DNA of 64,000 bases. Source: Candidatus Subterrananammoxibius californiae. Its GTDB lineage: Bacteria; Planctomycetota; Brocadiia; Brocadiales; Subterrananammoxibiaceae. The position numbers were made by a program, and so were the translations under genes. A model generated the notes under the pieces. The model was given only the letters and a program-made list of their open reading frames with translations. It had not been told where the DNA came from and ran no database searches. The DNA lies in the NCBI GenBank assembly GCA_030586555.1, contig JAURAC010000002.1:32001-96000 (forward strand), given 5' to 3'. Each line of letters begins with the position of its first letter. Positions within the stretch are counted from its first letter, which is position 1. Of the stretch, positions 47,896 through 57,474 are shown one piece after another.

Positions 47896-50403
47896 CTACT
47901 TACACTGGAAATTATTGTCGTCTTCCTTACTACCTCCAGTAACATTTACGATTTTTTTACCTCCGCCTTTACAACCCTTTACCTTTATGCTGTATGTCCC
48001 ATCCTCAAGGTTAGTGAAGCGATAACAACCATCGTTACCCGTTATAACATTTATTTTTATCTTCGGTTTTGGGAACGTCCTTTTTAACTGCACAGTTTTT
48101 CTTGCAAGTGGCTGACCGGCGAGATTTTTAACTGTGCCAGATATACAACCCGCAGGTGGAATACCATCATCAGGACACAGGCATGGAACGGTTGTTGGTG
48201 TTGTTGTCGGTGTCGTTGTTGGCGTTGTTGTTGGTGTCGTTGTTGGCGTCGTTGTGGGTGTCGTTGTTGGTGTCGTTGTTGGCGTAGTTGTGGGTGTCGT
48301 TGTCGTTGTTGTGGCTGAGGTACAAATGCCCATTTCGACGTTTATTATCTGAAGATTACTCATGTTGCTATAATAATCTTGGTATTCACCAGGACCCACA
48401 TATTCCGTGTTTGATACTACGTATACAGTCGTGCCTGATACATAGACGCCATATGCGTCGAATGGCGTATCAAGATTACTAAGTTGCGTATCATAATTAT
48501 CAAGTAATGTTGGGCTTGTGGGGTTTGAGACGTCTATTATCTGAAGACCACTGTACACATCAGCCACGTATGCAGTCGTGCCTGATACATAGACGCTATT
48601 TGCATAGCCTGGCGTATTATAATTACTGAGTAATGTAGGGCTTGCAGGGTTTGAGACGTTTATTAGCTGAAGACCACTCGCGTCGTCAGCCACGTATGCA
48701 GTCGTGCCTGAGACATAGACGCCACGTGCATAGCCTGTCGTATTATAATTACCGAGTAATGTAGGGCTTGCAGGGTTTGTGACGTTTATTATCTGAAGAC
48801 CACTGGAGCCATCAGCCACGTATGCGGTCGTGCCTGAGACATAGACGCCAAATGCATTGCCTGGTGTATTATAATTACCGAGTAATGAAGGGCTTGCAGG
48901 GTTTGTGACGTTTATTAGCTGAAGACCACTGTCGCCGTCAGCCACGTATGCAGTCGTGCCTGAGACATAGACGCCCCGTGCAACGCCTGCCCCAGCCCCA
49001 TTATCATAACTACCGAGTAATGAAGGGAATAGAGGGTTTGTGACGTCTATTATCTTAAGACCACCAGTATAATAAGAGTAATCCGAGTTGTAATGCCCAT
49101 AAGCCACGTATGCAGTCGTGCCTGAGACATAGACGCCATTTGCATCGCTATCAATACCGAGTGTATAATTACCGAGTATATAACTACCGAGTAATGTAGG
49201 GCTTGCAGGGTTTGAGACGTTTATTATCCGAAGACCACTGGAGCCATCACCCACGTATGCAGTCGTGCCTGAGACATAGACACAGACGCTATGTTCAATG
49301 CCTGGCACCCATGGCGTAGGTGGTGTTACAAGCGGATCACCTGGTATATCATAATTACCAAGTAATGTTAATGTAGGGCTTGCAGGGTTTGTGACGTTTA
49401 TTATCTGAAGACCACTGGAGCCATCAGCCACGTATGCCGTACTGCCTGATACATAGACGCTATTTGCACTGTCTGGCGTATCATAACTATCAAGTAATGT
49501 TGGGCTTGCGGGGTTTGATACGTTTATTATCTGAAGCCCACTGGTGTCATCAGCCAGGTATGCAGTCGTGCCTGAGACATAGACGTCATATGCAATGCCT
49601 GGCGTATTATAATTACCGAGTAATGAAGGGCTTGCAGGGTTTGTGACGTTTATTAGCTGAAGACCACTCGTGCTATCAGCCACATATGCCGTACTGCCTG
49701 ATACATAGACGCTCCATGCATAGCCTGGCGTATTATAATTACCGAGTAATGAAGGGCTTGTAGGGTTTGTGACGTTTATTATCTGAAGACCACTGTAGCC
49801 GTCAGCCACGTATGCCGTACTGCCTGATACATAGACGCTATTTGCACTGCCTGTCGTATTATAATTACCGAGTAATGAAGGGCTTGTAGGGTTTGTGACG
49901 TTTATTATCTGAAGACCACTGTTACCATCAGCCAGGTATGCAGTCGTGCCTGAGACATAGACGCCAAGTGCATAGTCTGTCGTACTATAATTACCGAGTA
50001 ATGTGGGGCTTCCAGGGTTTGTGACGTTTATTATCTGAAGACCACTGTCGCCGTCAGCCACGTATGCAGTCGTGCCTGAGACATAGACGCCACATGCTTC
50101 GCCTGTCGTAATATAATTACCGAGTAGTGCGGGGATTGCAGGGTTTGTGACGTTTATTATCTGAAGACCACTGGAGTCATCAGCCACGAATGCAGTCGTG
50201 CCAGAGACATAGACGTTATATGCATAGCCTGGCGTATTATAATTACCGAGTAATGTAGGGCAGGTGGCAAGGGCAAGTCCGCCAGAGGTAGATATGGTGA
50301 AAAGGAACAAAAAGGCGAAAATAAGAGAACGGGTTAGTTTGTGTGTGTAAATAACAGGTGATAGGTTATAGGTAACAGGTGATAGGAAAGATAAGAGCTT
50401 CAT
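47896..50403 (-). CDS. Secreted LVIVD-repeat beta-propeller protein with TTTP linker and C-terminal carboxypeptidase-regulatory-like domain
   Basis: Signal peptide, 14 ~42-aa repeats (VYVSGTTAYVAD..SGLQIINV.NP), about ten TTTP units, ISG.V....G.PL...DG.Y.F.NL..G.Y. Confidence 0.88.
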   Translation of the reverse strand: MKLLSFLSPVTYNLSPVIYTHKLTRSLIFAFLFLFTISTSGGLALATCPTLLGNYNTPGYAYNVYVSGTTAFVADDSSGLQIINVTNPAIPALLGNYITTGEACGVYVSGTTAYVADGDSGLQIINVTNPGSPTLLGNYSTTDYALGVYVSGTTAYLADGNSGLQIINVTNPTSPSLLGNYNTTGSANSVYVSGSTAYVADGYSGLQIINVTNPTSPSLLGNYNTPGYAWSVYVSGSTAYVADSTSGLQLINVTNPASPSLLGNYNTPGIAYDVYVSGTTAYLADDTSGLQIINVSNPASPTLLDSYDTPDSANSVYVSGSTAYVADGSSGLQIINVTNPASPTLTLLGNYDIPGDPLVTPPTPWVPGIEHSVCVYVSGTTAYVGDGSSGLRIINVSNPASPTLLGSYILGNYTLGIDSDANGVYVSGTTAYVAYGHYNSDYSYYTGGLKIIDVTNPLFPSLLGSYDNGAGAGVARGVYVSGTTAYVADGDSGLQLINVTNPASPSLLGNYNTPGNAFGVYVSGTTAYVADGSSGLQIINVTNPASPTLLGNYNTTGYARGVYVSGTTAYVADDASGLQLINVSNPASPTLLSNYNTPGYANSVYVSGTTAYVADVYSGLQIIDVSNPTSPTLLDNYDTQLSNLDTPFDAYGVYVSGTTVYVVSNTEYVGPGEYQDYYSNMSNLQIINVEMGICTSATTTTTTPTTTPTTTPTTTPTTTPTTTPTTTPTTTPTTTPTTVPCLCPDDGIPPAGCISGTVKNLAGQPLARKTVQLKRTFPKPKIKINVITGNDGCYRFTNLEDGTYSIKVKGCKGGGKKIVNVTGGSKEDDNNFQCK

Positions 50404-50612
50404 ACTGATTACCTCCTTTATTTATTTTAGGTGATGGGTGATAGATGTTAGGTCATAAGTTATAGGCAAAACGAATGCGGATTCGTCGAGGCGAACCTTC
50501 TTTGCTTTGGTCCATAGTTGACTAAAAGAAGGCTTGGTGTAATAAAGAATATGAGATTGCTTCGGCAAAGCCTCGCAATGACTGGATTGAAAAACAAAAG
50601 ACCTACTCTTTC

Positions 50613-50634
50613 GAGAGAGAGAGAGAGAGAGAGA
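50613..50634. repeat. (GA)11 simple sequence repeat
   Basis: 22-nt dinucleotide tract inside the small ORF 50422-50655 upstream of the LVIVD gene. Confidence 0.9.
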
Positions 50635-50820
50635 ATATAAGTACATCGCCAACATTCCTCCCCTTTATTTGTTATGGGTTAATACGGTCGGAAAAAAACT
50701 GTTGGAAAATATACCGAATAAATTTTGCTTTGTCAAGTATTTTTTGAAAATTTTTTATCAGTTCCTCTCCACATTTTCATGGTGACAAGTTTGTAAAAGG
50801 ACTAAGGCGGTTAAGGTAAT

Positions 50821-50848
50821 TTGACAATTCTAAAAAATGTGGTATAAT
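50821..50848 (+). promoter_or_regulatory. Near-consensus sigma70 promoter
   Basis: TTGACA-16 bp-TATAAT; a divergent TTGACA-17-TATATT promoter lies at 50708-50736 (minus). Confidence 0.65.
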
Positions 50849-51284
50849 AAAATTGGAGTTGAAGATAAGTGTGTAGCCAAAAAAGAAGTAATTATATCTT
50901 CAACTCCCAAATATTTCAAATTGCAGCCTCGCCAAAAAGATTGGCGAGTCCGCCTATCGGTTTGGTGGACTTGACAAAAAGGCAAAAAAGGCACGGAGCT
51001 CATTAGAGCTTGAGACGCTAAAAACGTCGTAAGAAAGGTCTTAAAGATGCCTTTTTGTCGGCTGCTTTATGTATAAATTATAAATGTTGAACCTTTTTGC
51101 TAAGGGGGTGAGGAGCGGGAAATGAGTTTGCCAACAATAACTGGCCCGTAGTCCGCAGATAAATAGGTGGACTTCGGGCCTTTTTTATTTCCTTCTTTTT
51201 TGCTTGACACACCGTATTATTTATAATAACATGCCTGCAAGAGTCAGGAGTTAAGGGTCGGGAGCCGCAAGCCACGACTATCAA

Positions 51285-51794
51285 ATGATTCATCAAAAAA
51301 ACAAACCTTGTACTGAGCGAAGCAAATGTATCGGTTTTACGCTTATAGAGCTAATCATAGTAATGGCAATAGTAGCTATAACATTGGCGGTTTCAATTCC
51401 AAGATTGGGGCCAATTTTTGAGGCCACATCGTTCCGTCGGTTAGTTAATAAGGTAATAGTGTTTCTCAAGGATGCACATGTAGATGCCCTTTCAACGGGC
51501 AAAAAAATATCTGTTGTAGTGGATTTAGAGGATAATAAGCTTACACGGTTCGCCGATGGTGGGGAAGTAGAGACGCAAAATATTGCGTCTCTACAAATGC
51601 CAGATGATGTTGAGATTAGCGTAGAACAGGAAGATAGATTTGAGGACGAAAATATTGAATTTAATTTTTACCCAAACGGCACGGCATCCGGTCCAAGACT
51701 CATCCTGAAAGATACTAATAGGGGGAAGAACGCAATTATCTACCTTGAACCCCTTGCAGGACTTGTACGATACAAGATTGGCATTTCTGAATAG
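51285..51794 (+). CDS. Type II secretion minor pseudopilin GspH/FimT-like
   Basis: G|FTLIEL N-methylation motif, FYP.G.ASG. Confidence 0.8.
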   Translation: MIHQKNKPCTERSKCIGFTLIELIIVMAIVAITLAVSIPRLGPIFEATSFRRLVNKVIVFLKDAHVDALSTGKKISVVVDLEDNKLTRFADGGEVETQNIASLQMPDDVEISVEQEDRFEDENIEFNFYPNGTASGPRLILKDTNRGKNAIIYLEPLAGLVRYKIGISE

Positions 51795-51892
51795 ATGAAA
51801 GGCAGAATACAGAAGACAGGAGTCATAAGCCAGAAGCCACCGAGTTCTGAATTCTGACTCCTGAATTCTGAAGTTTTGATGGAGGATAAATT

Positions 51893-52357
51893 ATGAAAAA
51901 ACCTTTTTATGCGCTTTATAGGAGTGAAGGTGCCTGCCTGTGCGTTGCACGCAGACAGGGTTTTACATTGCTTGAACTTTTAATTGTAATGCTAATTATA
52001 GGACTTCTTGCAGCCTTTGTAGCGCCGAGGATGATTGGTAAGGTGGGGAAGTCAAAACAAACTATAGCGAAGGCACAAATTGAATCCCTCTGCACTGCCA
52101 TTGACACCTATAAGCTTGATACGGATAAATACCCTACCCAGGAAGAAGGTTTAAGCTCATTAACTAACAATCCCGCAAACGTTGAAAACTGGCACGGTCC
52201 TTATCTGGCTAAAAAGAACGTGCCAAAGGACCCATGGGGGAATGAGTATGTTTATACCTACCCTGGCAATAACGGAGAGTTTGATATTATTTCTTACGGA
52301 GCGGATGGTAATGAGGGTGGCGAAGGCGAGAATGCCGATGTAGTAAGCTGGGAGTAA
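51893..52357 (+). CDS. gspG: Type II secretion major pseudopilin GspG
   Basis: G|FTLLELL, YPT...GL, W.GPYL, DPWG..Y.Y, S.GADG.EGG. Confidence 0.93.
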   Translation: MKKPFYALYRSEGACLCVARRQGFTLLELLIVMLIIGLLAAFVAPRMIGKVGKSKQTIAKAQIESLCTAIDTYKLDTDKYPTQEEGLSSLTNNPANVENWHGPYLAKKNVPKDPWGNEYVYTYPGNNGEFDIISYGADGNEGGEGENADVVSWE

Positions 52358-52396
52358 GCTATAGCTCATAGCTCATGGCTCATAGTTCATAGCTTA

Positions 52397-54097
52397 TTGG
52401 AGAACAATGTGAAGCAAGTAGAATCTAATTCAATAGGAAATGTTCTGATTGAACTTGGCAAGGTCTCTAAAAACGACATAGACCGAGCCATTGAAGTACA
52501 AAAGCAAACGGGGCAAACCCTCTGGAGACTTCTCATAGACCTCGGTCTTATTTCCGAAGAAGACTTGAGAGGCGCCTGGAGTCAACTCCTTGACGTCCCG
52601 GTATGGGAAAAAAAGAAGGGCGAAACGTATCCGATAGTAGATAATCTACCTTATGGATTTCTCGTCTCTAATAAAATACTTCCACTAAGAACATACAATA
52701 ACACCCTCGATGTAGCGGTGGTTGACCCACAGGACACGTCCCTTTTAGAAGTCCTTGCAGCCGTTACAAAGAAGGAACTAAGTATCTTTGTTGGCTGTGA
52801 AAAGGATATTATTGCCTCCGTAAACGAACTTTATAAAGGAAGTGTTGAAGAAGAGGCCATAGAGGATTACGGAGTAGGAAGTTTAGAGATTGCCGAGGAT
52901 ATTGAACAGCTAAAAGACCTGGCATCGGAAGCGCCGGTTATTCGCCTGGTTAATAGTATCCTGACAAAGGCCATTGAAATAGGGGCAAGTGACATCCATG
53001 TAGAGATGTATGAAAAGAATACAAAATTAAGATACAGGGTAGACGGCGTACTCAGGGACTTTCCTGCACCCCAAAAAGAGCTTTATCCTGCAATCATTTC
53101 AAGGATTAAGATTATGTCAAAACTTAACATTGCAGAGAAACGGCTTCCCCAGGATGGCAGGATAAAATTAAAGGTTGCGGGCAGGGAAATTGATTTGCGG
53201 GTATCAATCATTCCGATGATTTATGGTGAAGGGGTAGTATTGAGAATCTTAGACAGGACCTCGGTATCACTTGACCTTGAGACGCTCGGATTCGACCAGG
53301 AAACCCTTAAGAAGTTAAGATGGCTGATTAAAAAACCTGAAGGGATGATACTTGTTACCGGTCCTACAGGAAGCGGCAAGACCACCACGCTGTATTCCGT
53401 TCTTAAAGAAATAAAGTCGCCTGAATTAAAGATTGTTACCATAGAAGACCCCGTTGAATATAGCCTCGAAGGAACAAATCAAATACAGATAAACCCTCAG
53501 ATAGACCTTACCTTTGCTAACGGTTTGCGTTCTATCTTAAGGCATGACCCAGATGTAATATTGATTGGTGAAATAAGAGATAGGGATACAGCCTCAATTG
53601 CAATTCAATCCGCATTAACGGGACATCTCGTTTTCTCAACCCTTCACACAAATGATTCTGCATCCGCATTTACAAGGCTTCTTGACATGGCAATTGAGGA
53701 CTATTTAATTTCCTCCTGTATAATTGGCGTCCTGGCACAGAGGTTAGTGCGAAAAATATGTCCAGCATGTAAGGAGGCGTATTTACCCGACGAAGAAATG
53801 CGAATAAAAACAGGCATTCCAGAGGGCAAAAAACTTTCCCGTGCCGTCGGTTGTGATGAATGCAATCACACCGGCTACGGCGGCAGGATGTGCATTTCTG
53901 AGTTACTAATAGTAGATGATGTGGTAAGAAGATTTATCCTCAACCATGAAGATTCCAATATAATCCTTAAGGAGTCCGCCAAGAGAGGCTTAAAAACCCT
54001 CTGGCAAGACGGCTTAGATAGGGTTATAGAAGGCAAGACAACCCTCGACGAACTGATGAGGGTAGCAGATATTGAGAACGAAGGAACAATACGATAG
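52397..54097 (+). CDS. gspE: Type II secretion ATPase GspE
   Basis: ASDIH, PQDGR, GPTGSGKTT, TIEDPVE, GEIRD, STLHTN, CxxC pairs. Confidence 0.93.
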   Translation: MENNVKQVESNSIGNVLIELGKVSKNDIDRAIEVQKQTGQTLWRLLIDLGLISEEDLRGAWSQLLDVPVWEKKKGETYPIVDNLPYGFLVSNKILPLRTYNNTLDVAVVDPQDTSLLEVLAAVTKKELSIFVGCEKDIIASVNELYKGSVEEEAIEDYGVGSLEIAEDIEQLKDLASEAPVIRLVNSILTKAIEIGASDIHVEMYEKNTKLRYRVDGVLRDFPAPQKELYPAIISRIKIMSKLNIAEKRLPQDGRIKLKVAGREIDLRVSIIPMIYGEGVVLRILDRTSVSLDLETLGFDQETLKKLRWLIKKPEGMILVTGPTGSGKTTTLYSVLKEIKSPELKIVTIEDPVEYSLEGTNQIQINPQIDLTFANGLRSILRHDPDVILIGEIRDRDTASIAIQSALTGHLVFSTLHTNDSASAFTRLLDMAIEDYLISSCIIGVLAQRLVRKICPACKEAYLPDEEMRIKTGIPEGKKLSRAVGCDECNHTGYGGRMCISELLIVDDVVRRFILNHEDSNIILKESAKRGLKTLWQDGLDRVIEGKTTLDELMRVADIENEGTIR

Positions 54098-54219
54098 GCT
54101 GGCAACTCACAAATTCCAAATCCCAAATAAATTCTAACCCCCAAAATCCAACCTTTGGTAATGGGTCACTTCTTATGATTTGGGGATTGGGATTTAAAAT
54201 TTAACGATGGGGAATTGTT

Positions 54220-54423
54220 ATGAAATTAAAAATTGTCGTTCATAAAGCTGAAGAAGGAGGGTTTTGGGCTGAGGTACCAGCTATTAAAGGTTGCTTTTCT
54301 CAGGGAGAAACCATGGAGGAGCTTTTAGAGAATATAAAAGAGGCAATAGAAGGATGTTTGGAAGTAAGAGAGGATTTGCAGAAATACGGGAGGGATGTTC
54401 AAATCCTTGAGGTAGCTGTATGA
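54220..54423 (+). CDS. hicB: HicB-family antitoxin (short)
   Basis: EEGG.WAEVP...GC.SQGET.EE...NIKEAI. Confidence 0.88.
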   Translation: MKLKIVVHKAEEGGFWAEVPAIKGCFSQGETMEELLENIKEAIEGCLEVREDLQKYGRDVQILEVAV

Positions 54424-54632
54424 AGGCACTCTCTGGCAAAGAGATGTGCAAACTTCTGGAAAGAAATGACTGGATTCTTAAACGAATTAAAGGAAGTCAT
54501 CACATTTACATGAAACACGGTCGAGAAGAAACAATATCAGTTCCAGTTCATGGTAACAGAACACTTAAAATTGGCATGCAAAAAGCCATTTTGAAATTAG
54601 CAGGAATTAACATAGAACAATCCGATTATTAG
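54420..54632 (+). CDS. hicA: HicA-family toxin
   Basis: KGSH catalytic motif, VPVHG; ATGA overlap with hicB. Confidence 0.88.
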   Translation: MKALSGKEMCKLLERNDWILKRIKGSHHIYMKHGREETISVPVHGNRTLKIGMQKAILKLAGINIEQSDY

Positions 54633-54865
54633 TGCCGTTCCAAATAAATATAAGGGAAATGGGACGCTTCTATTTTTTAGGTGATAGGAGCTTTTCCCTC
54701 CCAATAAATAAAAGTGTCCCTTTTATACGTGGACGGTCAACGGTTAGGGTTACGAAGCCCGTTACGACTTATGGTTACGTCTTTTCGTCTTTTTTTGCCG
54801 TTTACCGTTACCGTTTTAACGATACGGGCATCGTTACCGTTGGACGATTAGACGCAAATGATAGC

Positions 54866-56230
54866 CTATAAAATATACTTACTTAAGTCTTCATCCTTTA
54901 CAAGGTGCATTAGCTTGTCCCTTACGTATTTCGCATCAACAATAAGTTCCTTGCCATCCGCATCTGGGGCATCGAAGGATGCTTCCTCAAGGAGTTTCTC
55001 AATGATAGTGTAGAGCCTTCTTGCGCCTATGTTTAGTGTACGTTTATTTACCTCTTCCGCTATTGATGCAATCTCCTCGATAGAATCGTTTTCAAATTTA
55101 ACCTTTATTCCTTCCGTCTCAAGGAGAGCCACATACTGTTTTATGAGCGCATTCTTCGGCTCAGTAAGGATGCGTACAAAATCTTCCTTATTGAGGCTGC
55201 TAAGTTCTACGCGTATTGGAAACCTTCCCTGAAGTTCAGGTATCAAGTCGGAAGGTTTTGATACATGAAATGCGCCTGCTGCAATAAAAAGGATTCGGTC
55301 GGTTTTTACCATTCCATACCTTGTAACCACGGTTGAGCCTTCAACGATAGGCAAGAGGTCTCTTTGAACCCCCTCACGTGAGACGTCAGGACCGTGTCCT
55401 GTTTCCCTGCCGGCAATCTTATCAAGCTCATCAATAAAAATGATACCGAAGTTTTCCGTCCGTTCCAGCGCCTCTTTAATGACCTTCTCCTTATCTATTA
55501 GTTTATCAGCCTCTTCCTGTAGCAATATTCTTCTTGCCTCTGAAACTGGCACCTTCCTTACCTGGGTGCGTGGAGGAATCATCTTTTCTATCATGTTCTG
55601 GAAGTCAACGCCAATCTCCTCAATGCCAATAACAGCGCTCTGGAAGACCATTGGTTTTTCTTGTGTTGTAAGTTCAACCAATCTATCTTCGAGCTTTCCC
55701 TCTGTCAGCTTTTTTCGGAACTTTTCCCTTGTATCACTTGCGGACTCTTCCACAATTTCCGTGATTTCCTTCTCGCCCGACCCTGCCTCAGAGGAGCGAG
55801 TGATTTTTTTGGATGGCATGGGTAATAGGATGTCTAATAATCTTTCTTCAGCGTGCTTTTCAGCCTTTTTACGGACGTCTTCCATCCTTTCGGTCCGAAC
55901 CATGTTGACGGCAATTTCGCCAAGGTCTCTAACCATGGATTCCACATCACGCCCATGATAACCTACTTCTGTATATCTGGATGCCTCTACCTTCAGGAAC
56001 GGTGCCTTAACCATGTTTGCCAGCCTGCGAGCAATTTCCGTCTTTCCCACCCCTGTGGGTCCAATCATGATAATATTCTTCGGCATTACCTCTTCCCGTA
56101 AATCATCGGAAAGCTGCTGCCTGCGCCAGCGATTCCTTATGGCAATTGCAACGGCACGCTTGGCATCCTTTTGCCCCACGATGTATTTATCCAGTTCTTC
56201 AACTATCTTTCGAGGCGTTAATTCTTTCAC
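54866..56230 (-). CDS. hslU: HslU ATPase
   Basis: [39 protein letters not shown]. Confidence 0.97.
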   Translation of the reverse strand: MKELTPRKIVEELDKYIVGQKDAKRAVAIAIRNRWRRQQLSDDLREEVMPKNIIMIGPTGVGKTEIARRLANMVKAPFLKVEASRYTEVGYHGRDVESMVRDLGEIAVNMVRTERMEDVRKKAEKHAEERLLDILLPMPSKKITRSSEAGSGEKEITEIVEESASDTREKFRKKLTEGKLEDRLVELTTQEKPMVFQSAVIGIEEIGVDFQNMIEKMIPPRTQVRKVPVSEARRILLQEEADKLIDKEKVIKEALERTENFGIIFIDELDKIAGRETGHGPDVSREGVQRDLLPIVEGSTVVTRYGMVKTDRILFIAAGAFHVSKPSDLIPELQGRFPIRVELSSLNKEDFVRILTEPKNALIKQYVALLETEGIKVKFENDSIEEIASIAEEVNKRTLNIGARRLYTIIEKLLEEASFDAPDADGKELIVDAKYVRDKLMHLVKDEDLSKYIL

Positions 56231-56318
56231 TACTTAAGCTCCTCTAACCCCCTCACCTTAACTCTCCCCGCTGGGGAGAGGGTTAGGGTGAGGGGCTATC
56301 TTACAGGCGTTAATTCCT

Positions 56319-56858
56319 TTACTTAATCTCCTCTACGCATATATTATGGTTTGTGTATATGCACAAATCGGCAGTAATTTGCAGCGCTTCTTCAACTATC
56401 TGTTTTGCACCAAGGTTTGTATGCTTTTGAAGCGCCCTTGCGGCAGCAACGGCATACGCCCCCCCTGAGCCTACTCCTATTATACCATCATCGGGCTCAA
56501 TTACCTCACCATTACCAGAGATGAGAAGGGAAACATTTTTATCTACTACAACAAGGAGGGATTCAAGCCGTCTCAGCACCTTGTCCATACGCCACTCCTT
56601 TGCCAATTCATGTGCGCTTCTGAGTACATTACCCTGATGCTCCTCAAGTTTGGCATCAAACCTTTCCATTAAAGCGAAAGAATCTGCAGCTGCGCCTGCA
56701 AACCCTACAATTACCCTATCCTGGTACAACTTGCGTATCTTACGGGCTTCATGCTTAACGACAATGGCATTCATTGTAACCTGGCCATCACCCCCAATTG
56801 CAACGCATCCTTTGTGTCTAACGGATAATATGGTAGTAGATATAAAATCTGTTCTCAT
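56319..56858 (-). CDS. hslV: HslV peptidase
   Basis: TTILSV, GDGQVT, GSGG, CIYTN. Confidence 0.95.
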   Translation of the reverse strand: MRTDFISTTILSVRHKGCVAIGGDGQVTMNAIVVKHEARKIRKLYQDRVIVGFAGAAADSFALMERFDAKLEEHQGNVLRSAHELAKEWRMDKVLRRLESLLVVVDKNVSLLISGNGEVIEPDDGIIGVGSGGAYAVAAARALQKHTNLGAKQIVEEALQITADLCIYTNHNICVEEIK

Positions 56859-56969
56859 TGTAATCTCTTCCCGATGAGGAATGCAGAATGGGAAATGTGA
56901 CATGGGAAATACGGATTTCGGAATTAAACAATCGAAAATCCGAAATCCGCATTCCGAATTTGAACGGCA

Positions 56970-57242
56970 TTAACTTAACTTCCTTGAAATTGGTACCCTT
57001 ACTCCCTGATGATGTTCTTCGGTATGACGTACCTTAGCGCCTATCTTTCTATTTTCTTCCTGTATTTTATGTGCATATTTCTCAATTTCCTCTTTGTATT
57101 TCTTTATTAACTCAGGGTTATTATAACCCGAGCATTTAGAATTATGCCATCTATTATGTGGATTATCATAAACAGCACAACGGTCACCCAGATTCAACTT
57201 GCAACCGTGACATTTCCGAACCGGCTTACTGTTTATATTCAT
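56970..57242 (-). CDS. Small Cys-rich hypothetical protein
   Basis: CHGC...C...C pattern; GAGGA RBS. Confidence 0.6.
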   Translation of the reverse strand: MNINSKPVRKCHGCKLNLGDRCAVYDNPHNRWHNSKCSGYNNPELIKKYKEEIEKYAHKIQEENRKIGAKVRHTEEHHQGVRVPISRKLS

Positions 57243-57474
57243 AGCATATCCTCTTTTCCCCCTTCTTATCCTAAAAGGTTTTTTGTGTATAGTTTGAACC
57301 TTCTGCCATCCAGAATTTACAGTATATCAAACTGACTTTAGATGGTCAACAATATTTTTGTCTCTAAAAACAAGTCTCCAGAGCTTACTTTTAATATTGC
57401 ATGTAGTATACAGCTTATGTATAATAATAAAAAATATCGGTTTAACCTTTTAACCTTCTGTGTGAGGCAAATAT

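Noticed and set aside
48134..48352. 72-aa (GVVV)n ORF
   Set aside because: Antisense shadow of the TTTP linker.
48340..50260. CRISPR-like array
   Set aside because: The 126-bp repeats are in-frame coding repeats without unique spacers; there are no cas genes.
50973..51065. Known riboswitch or ribozyme (c-di-GMP, fluoride, hammerhead)
   Set aside because: The conserved cores could not be matched by eye; kept only as an unclassified structure pending an Infernal search.
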